A program made the position numbers and the translations under genes. DNA of 57,439 nt from a virus: IMG/VR virus record IMGVR_UViG_3300001349_000001, positions 1-57,439 of that record, one strand, 5' to 3'. The notes below the pieces were generated by a model. The model searched no databases. It saw only the letters and a program-made list of their open reading frames with translations, and was not told the origin of the DNA. Shown piece by piece: positions 28,049 to 35,730 of this stretch; position 1 is the first letter of the stretch, and each line of letters starts with the position of its first letter.

Positions 28049-30291
28049 CTAATTAATTCGCTTAAAGATCCTTTATTATTATATCTTGCAAAGTTAAGAC
28101 TTATTTTTGTTTGTTTTTGCTCAGGCAAATAAACACCTTTTTGATTAGCCATTATAGCTAATCCAGAACTTATACTTGCGTCAAATTTAGTTCTATTGTT
28201 TATATCGAATTTTGCCCAATCCTCTAAAGTTCTAGCAAAGTACATACTGCCCATCTCATCAGGATCCCTGTACGTTGCATCTAAGTCTATTCCTATATGC
28301 TTTTCTATATAAGACTCTATTGCTGCAGCATGAGATTGCTTTACATCTTCAGAAGTATTAGGTATTCCTCCTAATTCACGTTCAGTCTTTGATAACTTAT
28401 TATAGTGCTTATCTGGACGATTCATACTAAATCCTCTATACCCCCTATTCTTAAAGTGATATAATAGCCTAGGTTTATTATTTTCCACAAGTATAGGCAT
28501 TCCATAAAACACACATGCCATTAAAACTTCTTCAAAAAATATCTCAGCAGTTTGCGGTCTAGCTACATATTCTAAAAAGAATTCACTACTTGGAGCATCG
28601 TCCATATTAAACTTAGTCATTCCATGCAGCGCTCCATTAGACCCTCGTCCTCCAACAGTTCCAGATATATCATAAGAGTCACAACCAAAAGCTCCAATGT
28701 GCTCATTTCCAGGATAATAAACTCCATTCTTAGAATATAAATTATTATTCATTCCTTTTTTTGGAGTCCAAGAAACCCTAAATCTTCCTCTAGAATCTGG
28801 AGTCCAAATAACCTCACTGTCTTTTACTCCGTTCTTCCAATAAAACCTCCCTCTAGTTACATGATGCTCCATTATCAAAGAGTCATTGTAATCTATTTGT
28901 TGATATATTTTAGTTAGATTAAATAAAGACGATTTACTTTCATCTCTAAAAGCATGAGACTCTGTTCGAGGAAATTGTCTATAAAATTCATTTAAAGCAT
29001 CAGCGTCCTTCTTTAAAGAATCTACTTCAGCCTCCCAATAATCTATAGCTCCATTAATTATTTTCTCGCCATCAACACCCATTATAGGTTTTTCAGGTTT
29101 ATAAAAAACAGGCATTCCATAAAGATCTATAAACCCCTCCATATTCCATTCCATAGGTATAAATAAAGAGTACATTCCGCTTTTAGTTTGACCATTAGCA
29201 TTTCTTTCTTTTGGATTAGAATCTTCGTAGAGCTTTTTAAAATTATCACCTCCCTTACTAAGTGAGTTAGAGGTAGACCCCATTAGGCATTTACCTATAA
29301 TTTTACTCCCCAACCTCAAGCAAGTTTTTGTAACCCTCCAATTATTTAAAATATTATTAGGTTTCACCCACTTTCCTGATTCATCGTGAACTAGTAAAAG
29401 TAATTTTTCTCCATCATAGGAGTTATCGTCTGTATTCTTCCAATCAATAGTCGTGTCTAATCCATATAACTCATCATCCACTACATCATACATGTTTTTT
29501 TTAGTTATTTTAGATGCAGGAATTCTAAATGCTAATTCAGTTTTAGGCTTATCCATACCATCTTGTATGGGTTTAAAAAAGAAAGGAAGTCTAGTTGATA
29601 TAGGAACTACCTTGTCGGTAAACATTTTTTTAGCATCAGAACCGGTTTTAGAAAGTATTCCAACTCTAGAATCTTTCGCTAAAGAACCCGTATTCACACA
29701 TTCAGAAGAGCCCATAAAAGAAAATCCAGATCTTCGTATTTTTAAATAGTCCATGCCAAAACACCTGTTATCCGCTTTGCACGCTTCCCAGTATAAAAAG
29801 AAAATCCTATTAGCTTCTCTAAAATCAGGATAACCTACATCAATACTAGTCCATTGAAGATACATATAATGAGAGCCTGTTATATATGTAGGGGCTCCAT
29901 TGTTATAAAACCAAAAGCCTAAATCTCTATTATCAAATTCACCTTCAATATAATCAACCCAATTAGATTTAAAATTATCAGGCATTTCATTCCAATGAAA
30001 TATAGATGAGATTTTTGTGAGGTCTTTAGGGAGAGAATGTCTTTCCCAATATTGTTCTTTTTTGTTTTTACTTCTTTGATAAATTTTATCCGGTATCTTA
30101 GGTAGAGCTATACGAACATCATTAATACATATGATATCCTCTATTTGACCAGTTTTAGAAATAACAACTATATCGTATTTTTCGTTATACCCGTAAAGCC
30201 AAGTCTTAGCTTTGTTTTTTTTCTTTAAAACACCACTGGGGACAAGGTTAAAAATTTTCTCGTATAATTTATTTTGATCTTCTTTCTGCAA
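28045..30291 (-). CDS. Terminase large subunit (748 aa)
   Basis: Position immediately upstream of the portal gene. Has a hydrophobic-stretch-DE (LLLLVHDESG) Walker-B-like motif and a C-terminal Asp-rich nuclease-like region (GCDSYD). Confidence 0.7.
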   Translation of the reverse strand: MQKEDQNKLYEKIFNLVPSGVLKKKNKAKTWLYGYNEKYDIVVISKTGQIEDIICINDVRIALPKIPDKIYQRSKNKKEQYWERHSLPKDLTKISSIFHWNEMPDNFKSNWVDYIEGEFDNRDLGFWFYNNGAPTYITGSHYMYLQWTSIDVGYPDFREANRIFFLYWEACKADNRCFGMDYLKIRRSGFSFMGSSECVNTGSLAKDSRVGILSKTGSDAKKMFTDKVVPISTRLPFFFKPIQDGMDKPKTELAFRIPASKITKKNMYDVVDDELYGLDTTIDWKNTDDNSYDGEKLLLLVHDESGKWVKPNNILNNWRVTKTCLRLGSKIIGKCLMGSTSNSLSKGGDNFKKLYEDSNPKERNANGQTKSGMYSLFIPMEWNMEGFIDLYGMPVFYKPEKPIMGVDGEKIINGAIDYWEAEVDSLKKDADALNEFYRQFPRTESHAFRDESKSSLFNLTKIYQQIDYNDSLIMEHHVTRGRFYWKNGVKDSEVIWTPDSRGRFRVSWTPKKGMNNNLYSKNGVYYPGNEHIGAFGCDSYDISGTVGGRGSNGALHGMTKFNMDDAPSSEFFLEYVARPQTAEIFFEEVLMACVFYGMPILVENNKPRLLYHFKNRGYRGFSMNRPDKHYNKLSKTERELGGIPNTSEDVKQSHAAAIESYIEKHIGIDLDATYRDPDEMGSMYFARTLEDWAKFDINNRTKFDASISSGLAIMANQKGVYLPEQKQTKISLNFARYNNKGSLSELIR

Positions 30292-30547
30292 ATCCTTGTT
30301 TTGTTTTAGTAACGTTAGGCTGTGAAGATAAGTTTAAATTTTCCTGCTCTAAATCAATCTTATTTAATATATCGAAAGCATCAAATATAGCTAACTTCTT
30401 TGTAGCTGCAGCATTCTTTAATCTATCTGCGGCAAGTTCATCTTCAGGATCATGTTTTATTATATCCTCTTTAGCTACTTTTATTAACTGCTCAACAGCT
30501 TTTTTACCGGCACTTATTATTTTTATCTTTAATTCTTCAGATTTCAT
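30269..30547 (-). CDS. Possible terminase small subunit (92 aa)
   Basis: Small helical protein overlapping the TerL start by 23 nt. The call is positional only. Confidence 0.3.
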   Translation of the reverse strand: MKSEELKIKIISAGKKAVEQLIKVAKEDIIKHDPEDELAADRLKNAAATKKLAIFDAFDILNKIDLEQENLNLSSQPNVTKTKQGFAERRSK

Positions 30548-31107
30548 AATTTTAAGGTTATTTGATGATCAAACATCCTGTAAAGTTTTTTGCCATCAAC
30601 TTCAAACTGATATTCACTTTCAGGCTTAAAACATATTTTATCCCCAGAGTTTATTCCTTTAGATTTTAAATATTCATTTGAGTATTTCATTATTCCTATC
30701 AAAGGTTCATTCCTAAAGTTTTTGTATAAGAAGGAATCTTCTTTGGGAATTGGCTCTACAAAACAATACCTGTCGTGACAACTCCAATGATCATTGTGTT
30801 TATACATGTAGAACTGATCGTTTTCTATAAAAAATAAATCATCTTTAAAAAAACTTTTCCCACTTTTCTTTCTACCCTTCATGTCATTATAAAACTTGAA
30901 TACATTGTGATGAACCAAAAGAGTATCTCCTTTCTGTATAGGGCCATTATAACCTATAGGAGTAGACTCAACAACAGCCATCCTGTTTGAGGCTAAATGA
31001 TTTTCTTCTGAAGTACTAGTGATTAATTCTATCCCCGAAACCTCCTTAGTGTTGTTATATCGCTTTCCCTCTAAGGGCTTAGCTATAAAAAAAAATGGAG
31101 ATCTCAT
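30544..31107 (-). CDS. Putative tandem GroES-fold (Cpn10/gp31-like) protein (187 aa)
   Basis: Start moved to the internal ATG at 31107, just after the stop of the upstream mini-ORF. Both halves fit the Cpn10 pattern: IAKPLEG...SGIEL...IQKGDTLLVHH, and VEPIPKE...GINSGDKICF...ITL. Confidence 0.4.
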   Translation of the reverse strand: MRSPFFFIAKPLEGKRYNNTKEVSGIELITSTSEENHLASNRMAVVESTPIGYNGPIQKGDTLLVHHNVFKFYNDMKGRKKSGKSFFKDDLFFIENDQFYMYKHNDHWSCHDRYCFVEPIPKEDSFLYKNFRNEPLIGIMKYSNEYLKSKGINSGDKICFKPESEYQFEVDGKKLYRMFDHQITLKL

Positions 31108-31109
31108 GA

Positions 31110-31283
31110 TTATGATCCACACCCTTCGCAATCAACAGAAGAGTCAGTAGGCTTTACATTATTAAGTTTCATTTCAATCTGATGAATTCTGTCTTGAATT
31201 TCAAGAGACTCCATCCAATCAGAAGTTTTTTTCTTTTTTTCAGTCAACATATTAAACTCGTCTAGTAATTCTCCTGTATTCAT
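31110..31283 (-). CDS. Hypothetical protein (57 aa, ends CEGCGS)
   Basis: Hand-translated ORF filling the gap between the 74-aa gene and the GroES-like gene. Confidence 0.4.
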   Translation of the reverse strand: MNTGELLDEFNMLTEKKKKTSDWMESLEIQDRIHQIEMKLNNVKPTDSSVDCEGCGS

Positions 31284-31286
31284 CTA

Positions 31287-31511
31287 TTAAAAATTAATGT
31301 TATACTCTATTGATATAGGCATAGTAGGACTAAATTCTTTCCACAAAAGAACTTCATCTTCTCTTTGAATCCAAATTTTTATAGTATTAGTTTCAGGATC
31401 GCTCTTTATTAAGTGTATAAAGTATTTACCGCCTAAAACTTCTTGTCCGACTAAGTAGTGCATTGCACCAGTCTTGTAATCAGGTCCGATTGATATTTTT
31501 CTAATATCCAT
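31287..31511 (-). CDS. Hypothetical protein (74 aa)
   Basis: ORF preceded by a -7 box. No motif recognised. Confidence 0.5.
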   Translation of the reverse strand: MDIRKISIGPDYKTGAMHYLVGQEVLGGKYFIHLIKSDPETNTIKIWIQREDEVLLWKEFSPTMPISIEYNINF

Positions 31512-31533
31512 TGTATTTAATTTAATTGTAATA

Positions 31534-31541
31534 CAAAGATA
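31534..31541 (-). promoter_or_regulatory. Bacteroidota-type -7 box (TATCTTTG on the minus strand)
   Basis: Matches TAnnTTTG, 22 nt upstream of the 74-aa gene. Candidate promoter of the head-morphogenesis operon. Confidence 0.4.
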
Positions 31542-31567
31542 TAAATTATTTGCTTTAGGTTTTTTGT

Positions 31568-31981
31568 CTATCTATGCTTGTTGTTTCCGAAAACTTTTTC
31601 AACACCTCGAGACCCAAAGTATCCGCCAATCACTATAGTTAAAAGCCCAGTGATATCATCTAAAGGATAGCCTAAATACCATCCGCAAACATAGGAAATT
31701 ACTAAAAAAATTAAAGTCAAAGGTCTTACGTTACTAGCCAACCAGCTCCCACTTCTAGAATCTGCCACCCACCTTCTTGTTGTGCCATCAATTTCTGCAC
31801 GTTCAATTTTTAGTTTCTCTAAAGCAACCTCTTTATCTTCAGCAGACATATCACTGCCGCCGATTATAGCCTGTATGACAGATCCAACAGGAGTGTCTCC
31901 AGCTATTGAGCCAACAACACTAGGTATTTTTTCTAGCAAAAACTGACCAACCTTAGTATCTTTAAATTTCTTTTTACTCAT
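31568..31981 (-). CDS. Holin-like membrane protein (137 aa)
   Basis: 2-3 predicted hydrophobic helices (e.g. LTLIFLVISYVCGWYLGY, LLTIVIGGYFG), immediately downstream of the endolysin gene. Confidence 0.55.
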   Translation of the reverse strand: MSKKKFKDTKVGQFLLEKIPSVVGSIAGDTPVGSVIQAIIGGSDMSAEDKEVALEKLKIERAEIDGTTRRWVADSRSGSWLASNVRPLTLIFLVISYVCGWYLGYPLDDITGLLTIVIGGYFGSRGVEKVFGNNKHR

Positions 31982-31984
31982 ACA

Positions 31985-32341
31985 TTAATAAGTCCAGATA
32001 GTCATATTAGGAGCTTCAGGGTATCCAATACCTACATGAACAAAATTACTTTTTCTAGATATCCCTATTCTTTTAAACCCACATTTAATTGCAGCCGCTA
32101 CTAAAAGATACGTGGCTTCTCCGCCTACGCATTTAATATCTACAGCAGCGCCATATGTATGCTCCCCAGGTTTTTCTTTTTTAGCTTCAATTGGATGATC
32201 AGTAGATCTGTAAGAAGAATTTATAACTATAGGCGATCCGTACTCAGCTCTTAAAGCATCAAGCATCCCTAGTATCTTAGGGTTCATTTTGTCTATATTT
32301 CCTTTAAAGTCTGCTTTATCTGTAAAATACTTTAACTTCAT
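31985..32341 (-). CDS. Peptidase M15-type endolysin (118 aa)
   Basis: The pattern SSYRS...H...EHTYGAAVDI...FVHVG fits the H/D/H zinc-ligand pattern of small M15 cell-wall peptidases. Confidence 0.7.
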   Translation of the reverse strand: MKLKYFTDKADFKGNIDKMNPKILGMLDALRAEYGSPIVINSSYRSTDHPIEAKKEKPGEHTYGAAVDIKCVGGEATYLLVAAAIKCGFKRIGISRKSNFVHVGIGYPEAPNMTIWTY

Positions 32342-32757
32342 TTTTTATCCTTTAAAGTTTTATTCGCAGAATCTCTATCGTCAAAGTCTAATGCAGCTTT
32401 TAGTATTATCTTATCCATAACATTATCTTGATTTTCAAGCATCTGTTTTTGTAGTTCGATCACCATATTTTCGAGGTTATCTTTTGCCGCAACCAACAAC
32501 TCAATTTGATGCTCCTTTTTTTCTAAGCTAGATCTTAAAGCATTAACATCATCAGGTTTAGCTCCTGTAATTGTGCTAACAACAATACCAATACTAGCTG
32601 AAATAGTTCCAATAAGCATCATTACAACCTCCTTATTTGTGTCTAAAACAGGATATTGCATTAATATAAATATGATTGCCATTACAAGTAAGAATATGAA
32701 TAAGCTTCCTACGTAATGGCGAAGTTCTTTTGCTACCCCGTTCTTAGGTAAATTCAT
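32338..32757 (-). CDS. Membrane protein with a C-terminal coiled coil, lysis-associated (139 aa)
   Basis: Two hydrophobic helices followed by a heptad-like segment. ATGA overlap with the endolysin gene. Confidence 0.45.
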   Translation of the reverse strand: MNLPKNGVAKELRHYVGSLFIFLLVMAIIFILMQYPVLDTNKEVVMMLIGTISASIGIVVSTITGAKPDDVNALRSSLEKKEHQIELLVAAKDNLENMVIELQKQMLENQDNVMDKIILKAALDFDDRDSANKTLKDKK

Positions 32758-33122
32758 TGTTTAGGAATTTCGCTCTCTTCTACCCATTCTTGAGTTTCTT
32801 CATCCCATTCGTAATTTCCCTCGGGCTTAGGGATTGGAGGATCCCAATCTCCTGTAGTTTCATTTAGCGTCCAACTTTCATAAGGTTGTGGTGATGCAAA
32901 AGAATCTATAGATTCTATGTATGTACCTCCTATTCCTGCGAATTGTTTTCTAAAATTACCATTATAAGATGTTTGTTTAAAAACTAAGTTTGGCATAATA
33001 TGCTCTAAAAAAGCAAGGCCGTTTTCTTCTTCTGTTCCAGGACCATTAGCTGTATCCTGATTACTTACTACGATAACGTTTATTACTTTATTGTTTTTGT
33101 CTAATTGTGCGAAATGCGCCAT
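32754..33122 (-). CDS. Conserved phage hypothetical protein (122 aa, MAHFAQLDKNNKVINVIVV...)
   Basis: The N-terminal motif is one I recall from many fibre-adjacent phage ORFs (unverified). Confidence 0.5.
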   Translation of the reverse strand: MAHFAQLDKNNKVINVIVVSNQDTANGPGTEEENGLAFLEHIMPNLVFKQTSYNGNFRKQFAGIGGTYIESIDSFASPQPYESWTLNETTGDWDPPIPKPEGNYEWDEETQEWVEESEIPKQ

Positions 33123-33140
33123 AATTTAAAAATTTATTGT

Positions 33141-34106
33141 TTAAGAATTTACTGTTATCGAACCTGTGTTTTTCCATACGTAAATTGTAAACGAGGCTCT
33201 AGCATAGGCGCTAGGCCCTCCTGTTGTTGTTACAGATAATGAGTTTGGAACTTTAATCATAGTAAAGCCTGATCCTCCACTTGAGAGGCCTCCTCCGCCT
33301 CCACCTGTATTAGCTAGAGCGTTAACTGTGTCCCTACCACATCCACCAGGCGGGTCTGCTCTCGGGAATGTTAGAGTTGCACCATATCCAGTACCTCCCC
33401 CACCTATGTAAGAAATACCATTGGTAACTTCACCTATCACTTCTGTTTGAAGCTCTGCTTGAGTTAGAAAATCATAAGATGGATTTACTGATGTCGGATC
33501 AACACCAATACCTCCTGTTCCGCCACGTTGCCAAAAAGTTCCTAAGTTCTGACCAACTCCCCCTAAACCTGCTCCGCCAACCGCAGAAGCGCCTCCAAGA
33601 GATCCAGTCCTGTATGGTACTGTATATTTATTTATAAACGCTTGGCTTGCTATTATAGCGGCATCATCTAGAGATCCAAACACTCTACCCCTTACATCAA
33701 AAGCCTTTCCTATGGTGGATACAGTGGTCATGCTGCCTAAACTTCCCCTTCCGCCTGAGCACGTTCCTCCGGTATCGGGCACTGTGCTATATGTTCCGCC
33801 GCCACCACCTAAGATAACTGCTTGATTAATTCCAGACCCTATTGTGGCACTTCCCCCAGGAGTCGTAGCTCCCGACGCCCAAGCCCCTCCGGCGCCTACT
33901 ACAACAGGAGTGACAACATCTTTTACCGTATAAAAATAATTGTTATCGTACGTTCCGCCGCCGCCACCGCCGCCGCCATAATTTGCTCCAGGTATACCTC
34001 CCCCAGCGCCGCCGCCGCTTAGAATTAAATACTCTAAACCTACTAAGTCAGGTATTGCTCCACCTCCGCCTCCACCTGCGGGAAAAAAATCTGTAAAATT
34101 GCTCAT
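33141..34106 (-). CDS. Glycine-rich-domain tail fibre / receptor-binding protein, paralogue A (321 aa)
   Basis: N-terminus MSNFTDFFP shared with the 409-aa gene. Multiple GGGGxGG runs interleaved with beta-strand-like segments. Confidence 0.6.
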   Translation of the reverse strand: MSNFTDFFPAGGGGGGAIPDLVGLEYLILSGGGAGGGIPGANYGGGGGGGGTYDNNYFYTVKDVVTPVVVGAGGAWASGATTPGGSATIGSGINQAVILGGGGGTYSTVPDTGGTCSGGRGSLGSMTTVSTIGKAFDVRGRVFGSLDDAAIIASQAFINKYTVPYRTGSLGGASAVGGAGLGGVGQNLGTFWQRGGTGGIGVDPTSVNPSYDFLTQAELQTEVIGEVTNGISYIGGGGTGYGATLTFPRADPPGGCGRDTVNALANTGGGGGGLSSGGSGFTMIKVPNSLSVTTTGGPSAYARASFTIYVWKNTGSITVNS

Positions 34107-34122
34107 ATATTTTTATTTGTTT
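34081..34122 (-). repeat. 42-bp exact repeat (copy 1) covering the fibre-gene 5' end and its upstream region
   Basis: ggaaaaaaatctgtaaaattgctcatatatttttatttgttt is identical to 35533-35574. Confidence 0.95.
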
Positions 34123-34327
34123 ATAAAGTTGGCTTTATTGTAGGAAAATCAGATGTACTCGGCCAGTCTCTTAAAGCTGCTCTATACGCTAAAAACTCAG
34201 TTCTATTTGAGTGATCGTTTATAGCGACAATAGGGTCTGTTCTATCGAGCTCTGAATTTCTCCATTCTCTTGCATTATTTTCTGTTAGCTCCCCTTGAAG
34301 ATACCTATCTACGTTTCTTTGTGTCAT
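34121..34327 (-). CDS. Tail-fibre assembly/chaperone-like small protein (68 aa)
   Basis: The motif W...ELDRTD...DH...FLAYRAALRDWP...FP..P resembles the small fibre-assembly domain seen in many phages. It lies between two fibre genes. Confidence 0.5.
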   Translation of the reverse strand: MTQRNVDRYLQGELTENNAREWRNSELDRTDPIVAINDHSNRTEFLAYRAALRDWPSTSDFPTIKPTL

Positions 34328-34328
34328 A

Positions 34329-35558
34329 TTATCCTATTTGTAAAAATACAGTTTGTGTTAATGCTGCGTTTAATCCAGCTCCTGTTGGAGTAAATGTTCT
34401 AGCTGTACCGTCTCCAATAATATTTGAAGCAGTTGTAGTAAATTTAAAAAGACCAAAAGGAGTGCCACTTCCTGGCTGAGCTACCCCTACAAGTTCTGTA
34501 GTTGATATAGCCTGCAAAGACGATATAAGTAGTCCAGCTGTATTGTCGGTTATGTAGTCTACATAACTAGAAGCCGTTCCAAATACTGAACTTCGCTGTA
34601 TAACTCCACCGCTTCCACTTGTGCTTCTAACGGCATACCAGTTAGTTCCGTCATAAGCAAATGGCACACCCCCTGACTTCTCACTACTTGCAGTTCCACC
34701 GAAGAAAGTAGGGGTTCCAAAGTTTACAAACGGAGCTAGAACTCTGTTAGGTTGTCGTTCAGCGTAAGAGAAGTTTGAAGCTGGTATAGCAGCAGTTTGA
34801 CTAAATGAACAATCTAATCTCACATAAATCGATGTACCTGCAGAAGTTATCATCCTAAGATTCATGGAGTCTCCATCGTTCCAAATTGTTGGCATTCTCT
34901 GATTCACACCAGTTCCTGATCGCTGGAAATTTAAACCACCAGTATTATTTTGCCAAGGGTAGTTAACTGCATAGCTAGTCCATGTTACTAAATCAGTAGA
35001 GTATTGAGCTTGAAACTGAGTATCTGCTACCCTAAAGAATCCTACATAAACACCGTTATTTGAATTGTATCCAAGAGCTAGTATAGTTGCTCCATTAATA
35101 ATAGGTATTTGTATAGTCGACTGTGAAGTCCATGTGCCGTTTGCGTTTCTCAGTATCGGAAACAAAGGAAACGGAACTCTGCCGTCTGAAGCTTGAAAAT
35201 CATTAACATACAATGTCTGATTATCTGGGTTCCACGCGCTTCGTGCTCTGAAGTTGGTAATACCTATACCATTAGGAGAGTTGTTAATGCCACCGCTACT
35301 TGCGGCAACCTCACGAATAAGCTCCGTGTTGTTTCTAATATCCTGTACTGTTGCGTTTGGATAATCAGTTCCCTGTAATGCAGTAAATCCCGTCCGAAGA
35401 TATACTCCACCACCCGGGTGTTCGTATATCCCAGTACTAGGATTATAACCTTCGGTTACAGCAAAACCAGATGTTCCATCACTAATACTAAAGATAGAAT
35501 ACGAGTTGACACCTCCAGCCCCACCGCTACTAGGAAAAAAATCTGTAAAATTGCTCAT
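34329..35558 (-). CDS. Tail fibre / receptor-binding protein, paralogue B (409 aa)
   Basis: Shares the N-terminal MSNFTDFFP..GG(A)GG with the 321-aa protein, then diverges completely. Confidence 0.6.
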   Translation of the reverse strand: MSNFTDFFPSSGGAGGVNSYSIFSISDGTSGFAVTEGYNPSTGIYEHPGGGVYLRTGFTALQGTDYPNATVQDIRNNTELIREVAASSGGINNSPNGIGITNFRARSAWNPDNQTLYVNDFQASDGRVPFPLFPILRNANGTWTSQSTIQIPIINGATILALGYNSNNGVYVGFFRVADTQFQAQYSTDLVTWTSYAVNYPWQNNTGGLNFQRSGTGVNQRMPTIWNDGDSMNLRMITSAGTSIYVRLDCSFSQTAAIPASNFSYAERQPNRVLAPFVNFGTPTFFGGTASSEKSGGVPFAYDGTNWYAVRSTSGSGGVIQRSSVFGTASSYVDYITDNTAGLLISSLQAISTTELVGVAQPGSGTPFGLFKFTTTASNIIGDGTARTFTPTGAGLNAALTQTVFLQIG

Positions 35559-35574
35559 ATATTTTTATTTGTTT
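35533..35574 (-). repeat. 42-bp exact repeat (copy 2)
   Basis: Identical to 34081-34122. Confidence 0.95.
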
Positions 35575-35717
35575 TTACCCATTAAATACCATTTATGCAC
35601 AGTGTATCCTATAGATACTGACAAAAGAATTACTTTTAATAGTATATCAATTTGAGACATTGATATAGCTAATGTAGATGCGTTTATTATATATATTTTC
35701 AAATCAGTTAAATTCAT
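35565..35717 (-). CDS. Small membrane protein (50 aa)
   Basis: Hand-translated: MNLTDLKIYIINASTLAISMSQIDILLKVILLSVSIGYTVHKWYLMGKNK. One hydrophobic helix. Confidence 0.4.
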   Translation of the reverse strand: MNLTDLKIYIINASTLAISMSQIDILLKVILLSVSIGYTVHKWYLMGKNK

Positions 35718-35730
35718 TTTTATTTGTTTA

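Noticed and set aside
31108-31131. N-terminal extension (MRRVWIII) of the 195-aa track ORF
   Set aside because: It overlaps the 57-aa ORF. The ATG at 31107 follows that ORF's stop by 2 nt.
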